DNA from: Trichoplax sp. H2
Lineage: Eukaryota
DNA length: 20,000 bases
Direction: 5' to 3'
Assembly (NCBI GenBank): GCA_003344405.1
Contig: NOWV01000141.1
Coordinates: 177,689 to 197,688, forward strand
The translations under genes were made by a program, and so were the position numbers. The notes under the pieces are model-generated. The model did not search any database. It saw only the letters and a program-made list of their open reading frames with translations, and was not told where the DNA came from. Position 1 is the first letter of the stretch, and every line of letters begins with the position of its first letter. Below are positions 1 through 12,518 of this stretch, piece after piece.

Positions 1-2
1 GT

Positions 3-485
3 ATATTTTCTAAAATAATGTCAGGTGAATCTAAGGTTAGTAAAACCAATAGTCCATTTGTTCGTAAGCGTAAAACATTATGTCATATTAGCATTATTGT
101 TGGTTTGTTTATTATAACATGGTTGCCGTTTGTTATTGCATTTTTTGCCTTACAATTGAGAGAGAAAACTCAAGCGCAATTAGATGTTTTGACAGTAACT
201 CAGTATATCTCTTTCTCTTATCCTGCTATCAATCCTCTTCTCTATACTTATTACACCAACAGTATTCGAGAGGAAATCATCTTTAATATTAAAATATTGC
301 TTATCAAATGTGGCTTTGATATTCGAATTGATGAGCCGAATGGTGTACCAACTCGGACAGTTATTTACATGCATAGCCGACAATTATCAGCCAAGAAGTT
401 ATTTAATAATGATAATCAATCGAACAAAGTTGCTACAGAAATTTCCTATATGGCCTCCTCAAAAAGTAAAAGTACTTTGGTATAA
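3..485 (+). CDS. Class A (rhodopsin-like) GPCR, 3' part only (end of TM5/ICL3, TM6, TM7, helix 8, C-tail); 5'-truncated by the window edge (GPCR-1)
   Basis: The frame is open from base 3 (ata ttt tct aaa ata atg = IFSKIM), so the ATG at 18 is probably internal. TM6 FIITWLPF (FxxxWxP), TM7 FSYPAINPLLY (NPxxY), helix 8 IREEI, Cys in IKCG. Aligns with GPCR-2: LQLREKTQAQL vs LQLRPKTEFQL, and TQYISFSYPAINPLLY vs TQFLAFSYPAVNPLIY. Stop TAA at 483-485. Confidence 0.92.
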   Translation: MFSKIMSGESKVSKTNSPFVRKRKTLCHISIIVGLFIITWLPFVIAFFALQLREKTQAQLDVLTVTQYISFSYPAINPLLYTYYTNSIREEIIFNIKILLIKCGFDIRIDEPNGVPTRTVIYMHSRQLSAKKLFNNDNQSNKVATEISYMASSKSKSTLV

Positions 486-3400
486 ACAACACGATTTCGT
501 AGTAACAATTTTCCTTATTGATTAGTCGTTAAGGTAATTATCACCTTTCAAATTACAATGAATATAGAATGTATATTTAAATTGATCTACAGTATTTCGA
601 CACTCATCTATTGCTTTGTCAAAAATTTAAAATATAGCTACATGATGATACGATTGTACGTGTAAATTTAAAATCAAAAATTATATTCGTATAAACGATA
701 TGATCACGTCTTGATTTTCTCATCAACCTGTAATTAGAAATTTTATGGCATATTACGTCATTAATTATTGATAGATTTTAAATTTATTCAATCTAATCAA
801 GCGTAACAGTGTTGTTTACTAGATCATATAATATTACTTTCACTTATTTTAAATCTGATATTGCTTCTATATATCGTGATAATGACCACCCTGCTATACT
901 GCATTGTAATCGGTATATGGTTCGCAATAAATTTATGTAAGCAAGCAGTGAAGTACAGTATAAGTAATTGCAATCTTCAATATAATTTCATATTTTAATG
1001 TAATATGAACATTATTATTCCATAATCAAACATTATTGATAATGTGTAGGGGCTAAATAGATGATATAAATCAATAGTAAATTATTCTATTCGCAATTTA
1101 ATAGATTGAATTCAATTATGCCAGATTTTTATAGTAAATAATGCGAATATGCTATAGTAGTATCATGACAATCATGGTTTGTTGCATTTCCCCCTTTATT
1201 GTTATTTAAACTAAATTATATTATTATTAACGATATCTCATCTAATTAAAAGTAGTTACAAACGGAGATACGCTGCTGCTAACTACGGTAAAATAAATAA
1301 CAAAGTAATATTGTATATGCAATCAAATTTCTAGTTCTAGCATTCTTAATCAATTATAGTATACTGTCTGTACACCGTATGAATTGAAATCAACAGTGTC
1401 CTTTTTTTGGATTATCTCCATTTTAAGCTACTTCAGTAAGCTGTAAGATGATGTCAGGAAAAATTTTCAGCTAGCAATATAGATGATTCAGTAAACATAG
1501 TAAGGTGTGGGAATAGATCCTTACAAATGTATAGATAATTATGCGTACATTAAAAGTAAAAGGATGATCAATCAAATATACTAGTAACTTCAATTCTAAT
1601 GTAACATGCAAAGCAGTAAAGGAGTATATACGGTGCTTAATAGAATAATAATGAGATATTGTAACGATATCGGTTCTTTATTATAATAATCATAACTATT
1701 GATGCATCTCAAGCATGAATAATTATAAACAGTTACACATACTGTATATAATTAAAAATGTAGCTGTCTAGCAGATAATTCAATTTCTAGCTGAATATGC
1801 AGGACGGATGATATTGTAAATAAACAAAGCTTGAATTTGTTACTAGTCATGTTCAGTCAGTTGACTATTTCAACTTGCCATTGTTCATTCATTGTGCAGT
1901 ATTCCTGATTTTGTTTGTCATATAAAACAAATACTACATTCAGAATGTGGATATTTTTCCGCTATTAAATTGATACATGATACTGAAACAGGTTTTGATT
2001 ACGTTCCAATAGTCAATATGAGGAAGAACTCTAATAAATTTTCTTTATAGTTCGTTTTTAATTATAAATAAGAAGGGATGAATCACATCGTGCAATGCAG
2101 ATGTGAAAGATTATTACCTAAATTGCTTTCCATTTCATTAAATTATTAAATTGGTCTCTAATATTGTATTATCATTATTTCGGTACTATTAAGGTGGAAG
2201 CGATAAGTATTTTGTGTCTCTCCATCTATTATTACTTACATTCTGAACTGTAGCAGTAATTAAATTAAAGCACGTATAAAAATGGCAATGTTTTTAAGTA
2301 AACATTGCGAAAATGTATTTATCCTATTGCTAATATAATGATGAATTTATTGAGTGTCTTTTTTCTAAATAACATCCAATGGCCTTGGAAAAAGTAGATA
2401 TTAGCAAAATTGTACAGAATATAGATTATCACCAATCATGCATAACTTAATTTAATATATAGCCATAATTCTCTACTGCTACAATAAGTAGGTAAATCAA
2501 TTTATTAAAGGACTTTCATCGAGCTTTGTTATTGATGTCTCGATTTATCTCTATTAAGCTTATGTTCAATTTCTGTCAACAGATGTTATTCCAATCAAAC
2601 TAGATCACAATGTTTTTACAATTTATTCAGGAATGTTCTACAATATAAAACGCACATTATAAACCAGAATATATTATTTTTGTTTACGTTAGAAAATTCA
2701 ATGTTCATTTAACAATCATTACAGTATTGTATTATCTGTCTGTAAAAGTAAGGAGCAGTGTCTACTTCTTAGGCTATACAGTATAAAATCCTCAGACTTA
2801 TCAAACTGACAAAATAATATTTCATTGCAGTAGAATGATGCGATTGAGTGCAATAATAAAGACTAGCATGAATCAATTATCAACTTTATGCATCTTAATT
2901 AGTTGCATAAAAGAATGCCTTGATTCAACAATAATTTTTTGATAGTACTAAAATAAATCCTGCAAATAAAATTTTGCAAGCAAGGAGATTGTATCATTCT
3001 ATATTTCTGCCAGCATCTTGAACACTATGCTCCATCTTGATATATAATAATTTAATACCACAATTTTTTAATAAAATTTATTAATTAATAGCCTTTATAA
3101 TTGTTATTTATGCTAATGTATTTATGAAATCTTAAATGTGAGTCGTATTCAAATATTTTCTCTAACACTACTGGTTGTGAAGGCCTGTAAATACATATTT
3201 ATGAATTTAATATTGAAATCAATTTTGTGTAATTAAAACAAATGCATATTTGTTTTCTGTAAACATTTGGTTACTAATAAACACGTTAATACAACTGATC
3301 TCGATCATTTCCTAGCCAGGTGAGTGCATTGAGATTTGAGAATTCATAATTGCTACTATTACAATCAGATTTTTATAGCTGCCGATAAGTGACCAATATT

Positions 3401-6400
3401 TTATCTACATATTTATCATATACTGGTACCGATATACAAGCTCTTATTTTAAATCAAATTTGAATCCAGTTAGAATATCAAATAATGTTTAATAATTAAA
3501 TATAATACATTCCAATACCAATTAAAGCATTCAAACTTGAATTGTAAAATGCCTCCCTTTATTTTTAAAGTTTAAATGGATCGACTAGCTATCGTATCCT
3601 TCCACAAAAATAAGGCATTCAACTGATAAATTATCTGATTAATTAATTATAATTTTATAAGTGTTCGGTAGAAAGCATCATTATTTAGTTCACTTTAAAG
3701 CTATTCTTTTGTAGCTGTTGAATTCTTTATAATCAAAGTATGAAATAATAATTGTAGTAATCCATACAAAATAGATCCCAGCTTAGTTAATGTAATGACG
3801 TTTTAGATACTAATTCAGGAATAAAATTTTGTAGTGACCTCTATTTTTATTTATTTTCATACGTTGTTTACCGGTAACTAAATATTATAATTATCAGAGT
3901 AGAGAAATTTCCCTCGGAATTTCAGCAATAAATATGAAATAAAAATCCTTAACCTCTTACCGTTTACCTTGCTATTTAGTAAACGGGAAACAAGACACAG
4001 CTACCTAGTTAAAAGTACACGGTTCAAATTAATAGCAATATCCGGAATAATATCTTTATGCGGTACTTCTAAAATTTTTTTGCTTAAAAATCTTTAGATC
4101 TAAAAGGTTTTCAGGAAACTTTTGTATCTGGTCATAATTAAAGTCTGAACGTGCAATTACAGCGATATTATCGGAAATATTTTATCGGAATGTATATGCA
4201 ACATAATTTACTCTATAATTTGTAAGAGGTAGTGAATGATCATTATTAATACTGCACTTGATTCTACAATTTTAATTCAATGTTCTATTTTTCTTCAAAA
4301 AATTCGTATTATATTTTACCCTAAACTAGTATATTTAATTAAAAGATTTACTATTGGCTAATTTAAGTGTTATATATGTTTCTGCTATTTCAGCGAATTT
4401 TCAGCCTTAAGACTGGTGCACATGTGTAAATATGTTTATATAAATACAGCATAATTTTGATAGTGATATTTTACTAATTTTATTTCAAGTTGTTTTGTTC
4501 CGGTAATCTCAAGGATAGTAAAAAAACCTGGATAGGATAGCTGACTACTTCACGATAATTCAATTTTTATATAAAAAACGTTGACTTTCGTCCTATTGTA
4601 TTTCAGTCCTAGAAATTAAGCGCTTGATTAGCGTTTATTGATCACATTCTACTATTTTAAGTGCTAGATGATGATAAATAAAGTACACTTTATTTAAAAT
4701 TACCATAGCAGTAAAGTGATTATATCAGTTTGATACAATCCAGTAGAAACATAGACTACCATATTTATGTCAGAAACTATTCTACGATCGAATATCATTG
4801 TTATATATTTATTTAAGTTTACCTGCTGTCACAAACCAGCTTCGTGACAAGGATAACGTAAAACAAATCTCTAAATTACTATAGTCTCCGGGATTCAGTA
4901 TCCCTTAACTACCTCACAAGAATTTAGACGCCTTTGCTTCTACCTTAAAACAACTATACAATTGAGAACTGCTTTATTCAACTATCTGACGGGTTTATAT
5001 ACCCTTCTAAAGCAGCTAACATTCACAAGTCATCTTATAAAAATACTTGGGTGAGAACATCTACTAACTAGTTTTTCACAGTCGGACTACAATATGTCCA
5101 TTCACAGAATCATTTCAGCACACGTTACAGCACAGCAATAAATTTACTGTAACACATTTATAATTAGAGTAATTCCTATTGTAAGTAACTAGTTGTAATA
5201 TAATATCACTATATTATATTAACCAAATTTAGATATCTATTTCTTCACGGTAGTTCGCACCGTGACACCTGTCTACAAGATCATTCTCACTGCAATGCTT
5301 CATTACTATTTGCAACAACATCCTATCAATCTCATCTACCTCAGATATTACTTCAACTCATAGCATGCGAGTAAAAAATTGCGTGTTAATTCTCGTATAA
5401 GTCAGAAATTTCATAAAATGTCGTGCTGTCGCGAGCTTTGAATAATGGGCGCCTGTGCTAGGTAAATTTAGAGAATAAACGGATAGAAGAAACCTTTATG
5501 TCCTGGTATAATAAGAAGACTGTTAATATTGCCAGCGGGCTCTGCTCTACAGTAATTCATTGTCATTGTTATTTAGTTCTCTAAATTGGAAGTGGTGAAC
5601 TATTCACTACAGTATCCTTACCAATATTTTCCTTTGTTCCCAACTACATCATTGCAAGCATTTAAGCTATTTTGCTGCTCGATTGTATTCTAATACACCA
5701 ATTTAGTTGCAATTTTTCAGATTGTTGATTTAAACAATACGTCAAACACCTGCTTTGGCTAATATTATTTGCAGGAGTAACGGCGTAAAATAATTACTGT
5801 AAAGTAATTCGCATTTTAGAAATTGATGACCTTCATGAATTATTGAAATCGATCTTATTATTCGTACTAGAATAAATAACGTATAATCTAGTAGCTCAAA
5901 ATTAAAGGATACCTATTCTATTGAAAAGATTTACAATATCGAAATTTATAGTACGGTTTTAATCAGTTATAAACACAGTTTGTTTTATCTCGTTAACTAT
6001 GCCCGAATCATTTCTTATACTAAGAATAATTTCATCCTCTTTAATACCTCCTGAGCACATTGTTGTAGATTATTCCATCTAGAGGTTTGTAAAGTATACT
6101 TCTGAAATGAATCTGCTTCTTTGAATCCTTCAAAAATTCTAATCAAAGACGATTGGTAGTAAAACAGTTTATTACGAGACTTAATTTAACAAAATCTCTT
6201 TAGATACAGATTACAATTTCAAGTATGAAGAAGACAACCTCTATAACTACTGGTATCTTTAATTTGTTTACAATCTGAAAATCATAAAAATGAATTATTG
6301 AATGACATCTATTAATTTACTATAGTATAAAAAAAAAAACTTACGATTGCTAGAGTTTCACACGAAACTATAACTGGCGTATCCTTCCTACTAACAACAT

Positions 6401-7886
6401 GATCATACTTGGACTTGTCATTGCTAGCGGTAAATAAACTGTAATTTAGGCAACAGCTTCATTGAACAAATTACTATTATCTAATGTAATTTAGTATTAA
6501 ATTATAGATTAATATCCATGCTTAGTTTGATGTGCGATAGTGTAGGTTTCTATAATTATTATAAGCCTTATTTAGTAGCTCATAGCTGTAGGATGTAATC
6601 AAAGATTCTATTTTAAGCTAGTACCGATGATTATATGCAGTAGAGAGTTGAATCACTATTGGTTTTCGAAGTAAAAGTAGAATGGCCATTCATATGTTAC
6701 GGCCATTCCCAAGAATGATTTTGTTCTTAAGATAACACATATATTAGGATAGGGTTAGTCCATAGTACTTTAGCTGGCTGAAATATTTTCAAAATAAATA
6801 CTATAGCTTTGCCATATTGAATTATAGATAGTCCGCTGTAAAATGTAGTTACTAATAATAATCTGAATAAGTGTAGAGTACGGTAATGTGCGCGTAATCA
6901 AGTCCTTTTCGCTAAATTAATAAAGCCAGATCTACAGCTTCTTGTAAACTTGACTTTATTGCGTGAGTTATGTACGCCTAACAGCTATCAATGACTATCT
7001 AGCTACAATCGGACCATCACTAGGCTATCTAAATTATTACAGAAATATTCATGATTTATATGGAATTAGTTACAGAACGGTTTTTATTTATTGTCATTTA
7101 AGTCGCAAGATCAGATCTAAATTTACTATCGCGCTTCTAAATAAAGCGTCAAAATACAAATCGCATAGTACTGACTGACATTCTCTATGCAAGCTGTATA
7201 TATATCAGAATCTCAATCATCTAAATATAATAATAATCTACTACAATTAGGCATTTACGTAATTTGCAATCTCGTTTACAATTGCTCTCTTTTCGTATAA
7301 TCTAACAATTTTATTCTTAGATATATTTCAGACCGTACCATAAGGTGAAGTGTTGCTATACTAATCGTACCTTGAAATATTACGAAAAGTATTTAAGCAG
7401 GCAAATTTACATTATTCAGTAGTACTTTTTAGAACCATTTTCAGCAATTGTATTCAACTAGAGTAGAGCTGCATGTAGATCATCTTTGTATAAAGATCTA
7501 ATAAAGTTCTAATTTTCTACAAATTTTGAAACTTCGTAAACAGTTCTATCACTTAAGCCAACACGATTACAATTTCAAAACGATCAGATCACTAAGCGAA
7601 ACGTTAATTTAATCTTCGTTGATGATGAAGCGTAAAACACTGGTATTATATAATATATAATCACATCATACTGTGGTAAATGGACATTGTGAAAGGAATA
7701 TCTGCTAAGAAATAGAGAAATTGCTTAACTGTTAATAAGAGAGCTTTTTAAGCTTGCGATAAAATACTTGTAGTGGTTTATGAAGTGATAACAGAAAAAT
7801 TGAAAGATTTATTCTGGTTAATCATGCAGCATTTACGGAGTGAGTAACAATTAAAGTGTACATTAAAGCTAGTAATCAAGTAAGAG

Positions 7887-8320
7887 TATCTCTCATAAAT
7901 ATTACTAATCCAATAGCTAGATTTATTAGTTAACTGGATTGATTTCTTAATTACATGAGTTAAACTGCTACACAGGCAATCTAAATCCTCATTCCCTAGT
8001 TTTGAAGCCTCGGAGGGAAATCTTTTATCATCCCTCACAAATTGTACTAATGCAATGCTTAGATTGTTCAGTTAACCTAGATTAAGTTCTTAAATAGATG
8101 TGCTAAATTACTACAGTAGCAATCTAAATCCTGGTTGTGTAGTTGATTAAGCCTCCTAAGGAAATATTTTATTATCGGTTACAAATTTTGCTAATGCAAT
8201 TGCTAGATTTTTTATTCATCTAGATTAAGTTCTAAAATAGATGAGCTAATATACTACATTGACTATCTAAATCCTAATGGGGTAGTTGTTTTGAAGCCTC
8301 CAAAGGAATCTATTACTTTA
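7887..8320. repeat. Diverged tandem repeat, about 3 units, 143-bp period
   Basis: Anchor c(a/t)atctaaatcct at 7977, 8120 and 8263 (exact 143-bp spacing). Shared blocks tagattaagttct, aagcctc..(a/g)ggaa and ctaat(g/c)caat. Confidence 0.9.
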
Positions 8321-9669
8321 AAATTTTTAGTCAGTATTCTTTACAATCCTTGTGCCTACTATCCAACTTGTCATAGTAGGTTTTTATTAATAGAATTAGC
8401 GCAGCTCAATACGAATATACAATATTAAATTTCAAATTCTAATTGCATTGATATTTTTAAATTCAGCTGTATTTATAATAATAACATAAATATAATACCA
8501 AGCAAGGCCACATTTTGATAGTTATGCATATGCATAATTATGTCAGTATTTGAATGCATTCCCATACTTAATGCACATAGAGAATGTTATACTGCTTCAG
8601 AAATTCAGATAATAATAATACACATAGACTATCGTATCTGTTATGAGCATTATGATATTAAAATTGAATGAGCATCAGTATTAGTTAATTGAGTACCATA
8701 GTGCGATGTCATAATCCCATGGCGCTACTATAAGATAACAGATATGACCATAAGCGTAAAAATAATGTACAGTAAACAAGGAAAGCAAAATAAATCTACA
8801 GGAATAAGCCATTCATGGTGGGCTTAAACTAAGACTCCATGCCATTATAGCTATTGCGCTTATTACAATAATTTGTTATTATTTATAGCTTTTGTAAACT
8901 ATTTCAATAAAAAAACACTTACTAAATGCGGTTTATTTCTTTCCTGCAAATCTCAAACGCTATTATTACACAGTAGTAAGGATCCTCAATTTAAACTATA
9001 ATATCTCTAATCTATTAATTAAGCAAATACAAGCATTACTGCTATAAAAAGTCCTTTCCTAGCAGATCTATGGATGCAAAACAAACTATCAGCTTAAAAC
9101 CCAGCAAGCTTCTTCATTAATCGGTTAATTAATTTATTTAAAAAGTAGGATATGATGCAAGTAAGTATCGTACTCCAATTTAAATTGGCTAGATCCAAAA
9201 TACTATAAAATGGAAAGAACTATATCATTATATCATTGATGTGGCCTAGAGCCTTTTAGCTTTCACAATAAGTAAGTACATTTCCTAATTATCGGCGACT
9301 TCAATTTTTCTTAGATATGTCCGTAAAACATTTAATTTGTCAAGCAAGAACTTAATTGCAGTCAATCATATATTTTACCTATAGCTTAATTTTAGGCAGA
9401 CAATAATATAGAATCAACGAAATAGAATAATATAATATAGTGTCAGAAGTGAATCTATGTATCAAGAATGTCTTAAAACAATTCGAATGAATATCAGTAG
9501 ATGTCTTTAAACGTTGCTCAGAAAATAGATTTTTTACTACTACCGTTAAATTAACAATAGATTTGTATCGGCATCAAGTATTATAAAACTAAAATTCAAG
9601 CTTAAGCAGTTATAATAACATAATTATAATTTAATCATAAGTAGTAACCGTTCAAAGTTAACTGCTGCA

Positions 9670-10065
9670 GTAGATGCCATTATATCTACCCACTTTTTTT
9701 GATATCTGTTTACTCCTAAAGTGTCTAGATATTAGTAAGGTCTTGACAATACATTAAAAAGATAAGCACAAACTATCTTGAGTACGTGCATGTGATAACA
9801 TTCAATAGCCAAGCAAGAAACTGGTGATATTTACGGTATATCATTCTATTATCCATGTTATCATCCAAAAACCGAAATTTTTATTTAAGTAGCGGCTGTC
9901 TAATCTACGTACTTTTAATATCTGATTACCGCTAAAGCATCTGGATATTAGAAAGATCATAACTATATTTACAGCGTAGGCCAAAACTATCTTAAGTACG
10001 TACATCTGACAACGTGTGATAGTCACTTGAGAACAAGGCAATATTTATGTAGTTCTAATATCCCT
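9670..10065. repeat. Diverged tandem duplication, 2 units, about 214-bp period
   Basis: aaactatctt(g/a)agtacgt(g/a)cat at 9770 and 9984. Also ctaaagtgtctagatattag vs ctaaagcatctggatattag, and ttctattatcc vs ttctaatatcc. Confidence 0.85.
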
Positions 10066-10543
10066 TAAATTATGCAACTTTCCGGCAACAATTTACCGTT
10101 GTAAATCTGTCAATGTTACAAATTATGAATCAAAACAGCTTAGCTATTCAAGTTTGGCTATCTATCAAACAAGTCCGATAGGATGATTATAAGTAATTTT
10201 TTGTTTTCTTATAAAATTGACTAAAGTAAACAGTTTGTATTCGAACCGAATTTAGCTATCATGATAGTTAAGATATTATTTCCAGACATAGAATATTCTA
10301 TTAATTAATATAAACTTACAAAACTGTAAATTGATGATCAGCCAATCTGTATGTCATCATAATCCTATATACGACACTGGCACCGATTTTTGATACATAC
10401 TATAAATTTAATTTACTAAATATGAATGATTGGGAGAAGGAAATAATTTACTGCTCATAGTTGAACATAAATCTATATTCGAATTTGATTTCTATCTTAT
10501 CTTTTCCGTGGAACTCAGAACTCCCTGCGATCGAATAAGGATA

Positions 10544-11596
10544 TTAGACTTCACTAATACGCATCTCTTCAAAGCCACATCGTCGTCGCATTAATTGTTC
10601 TGGCAATATTGAGGGAGAACGCCGATATGAAATACAACTGATTTGACACTCATCCTTATTTAGACATTGTCTTAGCATTGAAGTGATTTCTTTCCGTATT
10701 TTCAATGTAAAATACGAGTATATTAAAGGGTTAACTGCTGGATATGAAAAGGCAAGAAATTGGGTTATCCCTATCGTATATAACTGAAATTCAGTTTTCG
10801 GTCTCAATTGCAAGATTAGAAATACCAATACAAACGGTAGCCAAAATAGAACAAACACACCTATAAATATTAACATGTAGGCCAAAATTCGTCTATTACT
10901 AGATTGGCTTTTTAAGGCACAGCGATGAATATTTATAATTAATCGTTGCCGATAGCGCCTACGTCTTGTATATAACATAATTAAAATACCACTATATGCT
11001 GTTATAATTATCGTAACCGGTACGAAGAAAAATAATATAAAATAGGCCAAGTAAAATATTTTATTGGATAGAACATCAGGTACTGTATAATTGCAACTAC
11101 CAGGATCAATTGGACTATAAGTCATTAAAGGTACGAATGGCATAATTAATGTTACTATCCAGACAACGATTAGTGCTATGTAAGTTGTCTTTTTAGTACA
11201 ATATATGCGATGGCCCAAAGGATGAACGATAAATAAGTAACGATCGACAGCAATCATCCAGACGTGGAAATTGATATTGAGTACAAACGATTGGCCAAGT
11301 CGAGGCAGAATGTAACATAAGATAGAATTGAGGTAGAAATAAGGAATACTCCAACGTGGTAAAAGGTATAAAATAGTAAAGAGAATACTTGCCATGGCGA
11401 TACTAATTAGTATTGATCTAGAAACAATCTCTGAATGGCGTTTCTTGAGTAAAATGAAAAGCAACCCAGCATTGGTAATAATAGTTAAGATGGATATTAT
11501 CCCCCATAGGACACATTTGATAATACCTCCATCTTTTATTCCATCTATACTATCGGCCAATATTGTAGAGGTTGTTGAAATATTGATGATCAACAT
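10544..11596 (-). CDS. Intact single-ORF class A (rhodopsin-like) orphan GPCR, 350 aa (GPCR-2)
   Basis: True ATG at 11596 with A at -3 and seven hydrophobic segments. N1.50 (ITNAG), C3.25 exactly 25 residues before R3.50 of DRY (IAVDRYLFIVHPL), W4.50, ECL2 Cys (GSCNY), P5.50/Y5.58 (FFVPVTIIITAY), FxxxWLP in TM6, NPLIY in TM7. N-glycosylation sequon NIS in the short N-terminus. Confidence 0.96.
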   Translation of the reverse strand: MLIINISTTSTILADSIDGIKDGGIIKCVLWGIISILTIITNAGLLFILLKKRHSEIVSRSILISIAMASILFTILYLLPRWSIPYFYLNSILCYILPRLGQSFVLNINFHVWMIAVDRYLFIVHPLGHRIYCTKKTTYIALIVVWIVTLIMPFVPLMTYSPIDPGSCNYTVPDVLSNKIFYLAYFILFFFVPVTIIITAYSGILIMLYTRRRRYRQRLIINIHRCALKSQSSNRRILAYMLIFIGVFVLFWLPFVLVFLILQLRPKTEFQLYTIGITQFLAFSYPAVNPLIYSYFTLKIRKEITSMLRQCLNKDECQISCISYRRSPSILPEQLMRRRCGFEEMRISEV

Positions 11597-12132
11597 GATG
11601 GTATAATTAAATATCCAATGATAAAATTGGTTAGAAAAGATATCCGAAGTATATACGATACGCTTTGAAGTATTCTACCAAAATATAAAGTGCCAGTACT
11701 GTTAAGTCTTGAACTAAAATATTGACGACCGTAAAAAAATTTGCACCTTACAATTAATTATCCCCAATAAACTTGTATAATACTGCATCAAACTGCGCTC
11801 TCATTTATATTTCTGACGGTCAGTTACTAATTTAATGCTACCCAAAAAAATGATAATTAATCTGGTAAAAGTCTCCGTAGCTTCATCTTCTCCGTCATTA
11901 ATAAAGTAAATATATATTAATTTACATAATGCAAGTAAACTGCTAGCTCCTTGTTAATTTCAATCATTAAAAATAATATGAACAATGGCATTTAAATGAC
12001 AAATTGTGGATGCAATCGATTTTCCTATAAATCAAGAGGAAATCATTGTTTTATCAAAGTATCTACATATAGAAAATTTTATGATCTGTATCCATACCTC
12101 AAACACATATTTCTACCAACGGTATGTTTATT

Positions 12133-12518
12133 ACTATAAACATAATATAATATCACAATATTAGCAGGTAAATTATATAATAAATCGGCAAAATGTGTTC
12201 TGTAATAGACTTTTTAATCGTTAATATCTTCCAATAAGTCTGCATTGTTAGCCAATATAAAACCGCTAAATACAAGCGGACCTTATTGTTTTATTAAAAT
12301 ATCCTCATATAAAATTTAACTTGACCATCCATGACGATAATTCAACACACGCCATTCTATAAGCGATATCACTACCACTACAATCAAAATATATTATCGC
12401 AGCACAAGCAGATAAATTATATAATAAATTGACAAAATACCTTCTATGGCAAACTTTCTAATCATTAATATCTTCAAATTAGCATGTTTTGTTAGCTAAG
12501 GTCAGAGCACTAAATACA
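12133..12518. repeat. Diverged direct repeat, two ~140-bp copies 244 bp apart, upstream of GPCR-2
   Basis: agcaggtaaattatataataaat at 12163 vs agcagataaattatataataaat at 12407, followed in both copies by ttaatatcttc, ttgttagc and ctaaataca. Confidence 0.85.

Noticed and set aside
180..525. ORFs 180..383 (-) and 310..525 (+)
   Set aside because: Shadow frames overlapping GPCR-1, with no motifs.
4827..5265. Small hairpins (tgtcac..gtgaca 4827-4849; tcacgg..ccgtga 5245-5265) as RNA genes or terminators
   Set aside because: 6-bp stems are expected by chance; there is no tRNA cloverleaf or snRNA motif.
6329..6339. A11 run as a retroposon tail
   Set aside because: No target-site duplication or recognisable SINE/LINE body; such runs are common in AT-rich DNA.
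6963..7178. 71-aa ORF
   Set aside because: Starts at GTG (not a normal eukaryotic start), is short, and has no recognisable domain.
7778..8038. 86-aa ORF with SKLGNEDLD, faintly like 42-aa TPR repeats
   Set aside because: Non-ATG start, lies in the 143-bp repeat (a 42-aa TPR period would be 126 bp), the neighbouring unit has an in-frame stop, and the TPR consensus is otherwise absent.
9841..10041. 66-aa ORF
   Set aside because: Non-ATG start, inside the 214-bp duplication, no homology evident.
10544..11596. Assignment of GPCR-2 as an aminergic receptor or opsin
   Set aside because: No Asp at 3.32 and no Lys at 7.43, so no gene symbol is justified.
11394..11606. 70-aa hydrophobic ORF on +
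   Set aside because: Antisense shadow of GPCR-2 TM1.
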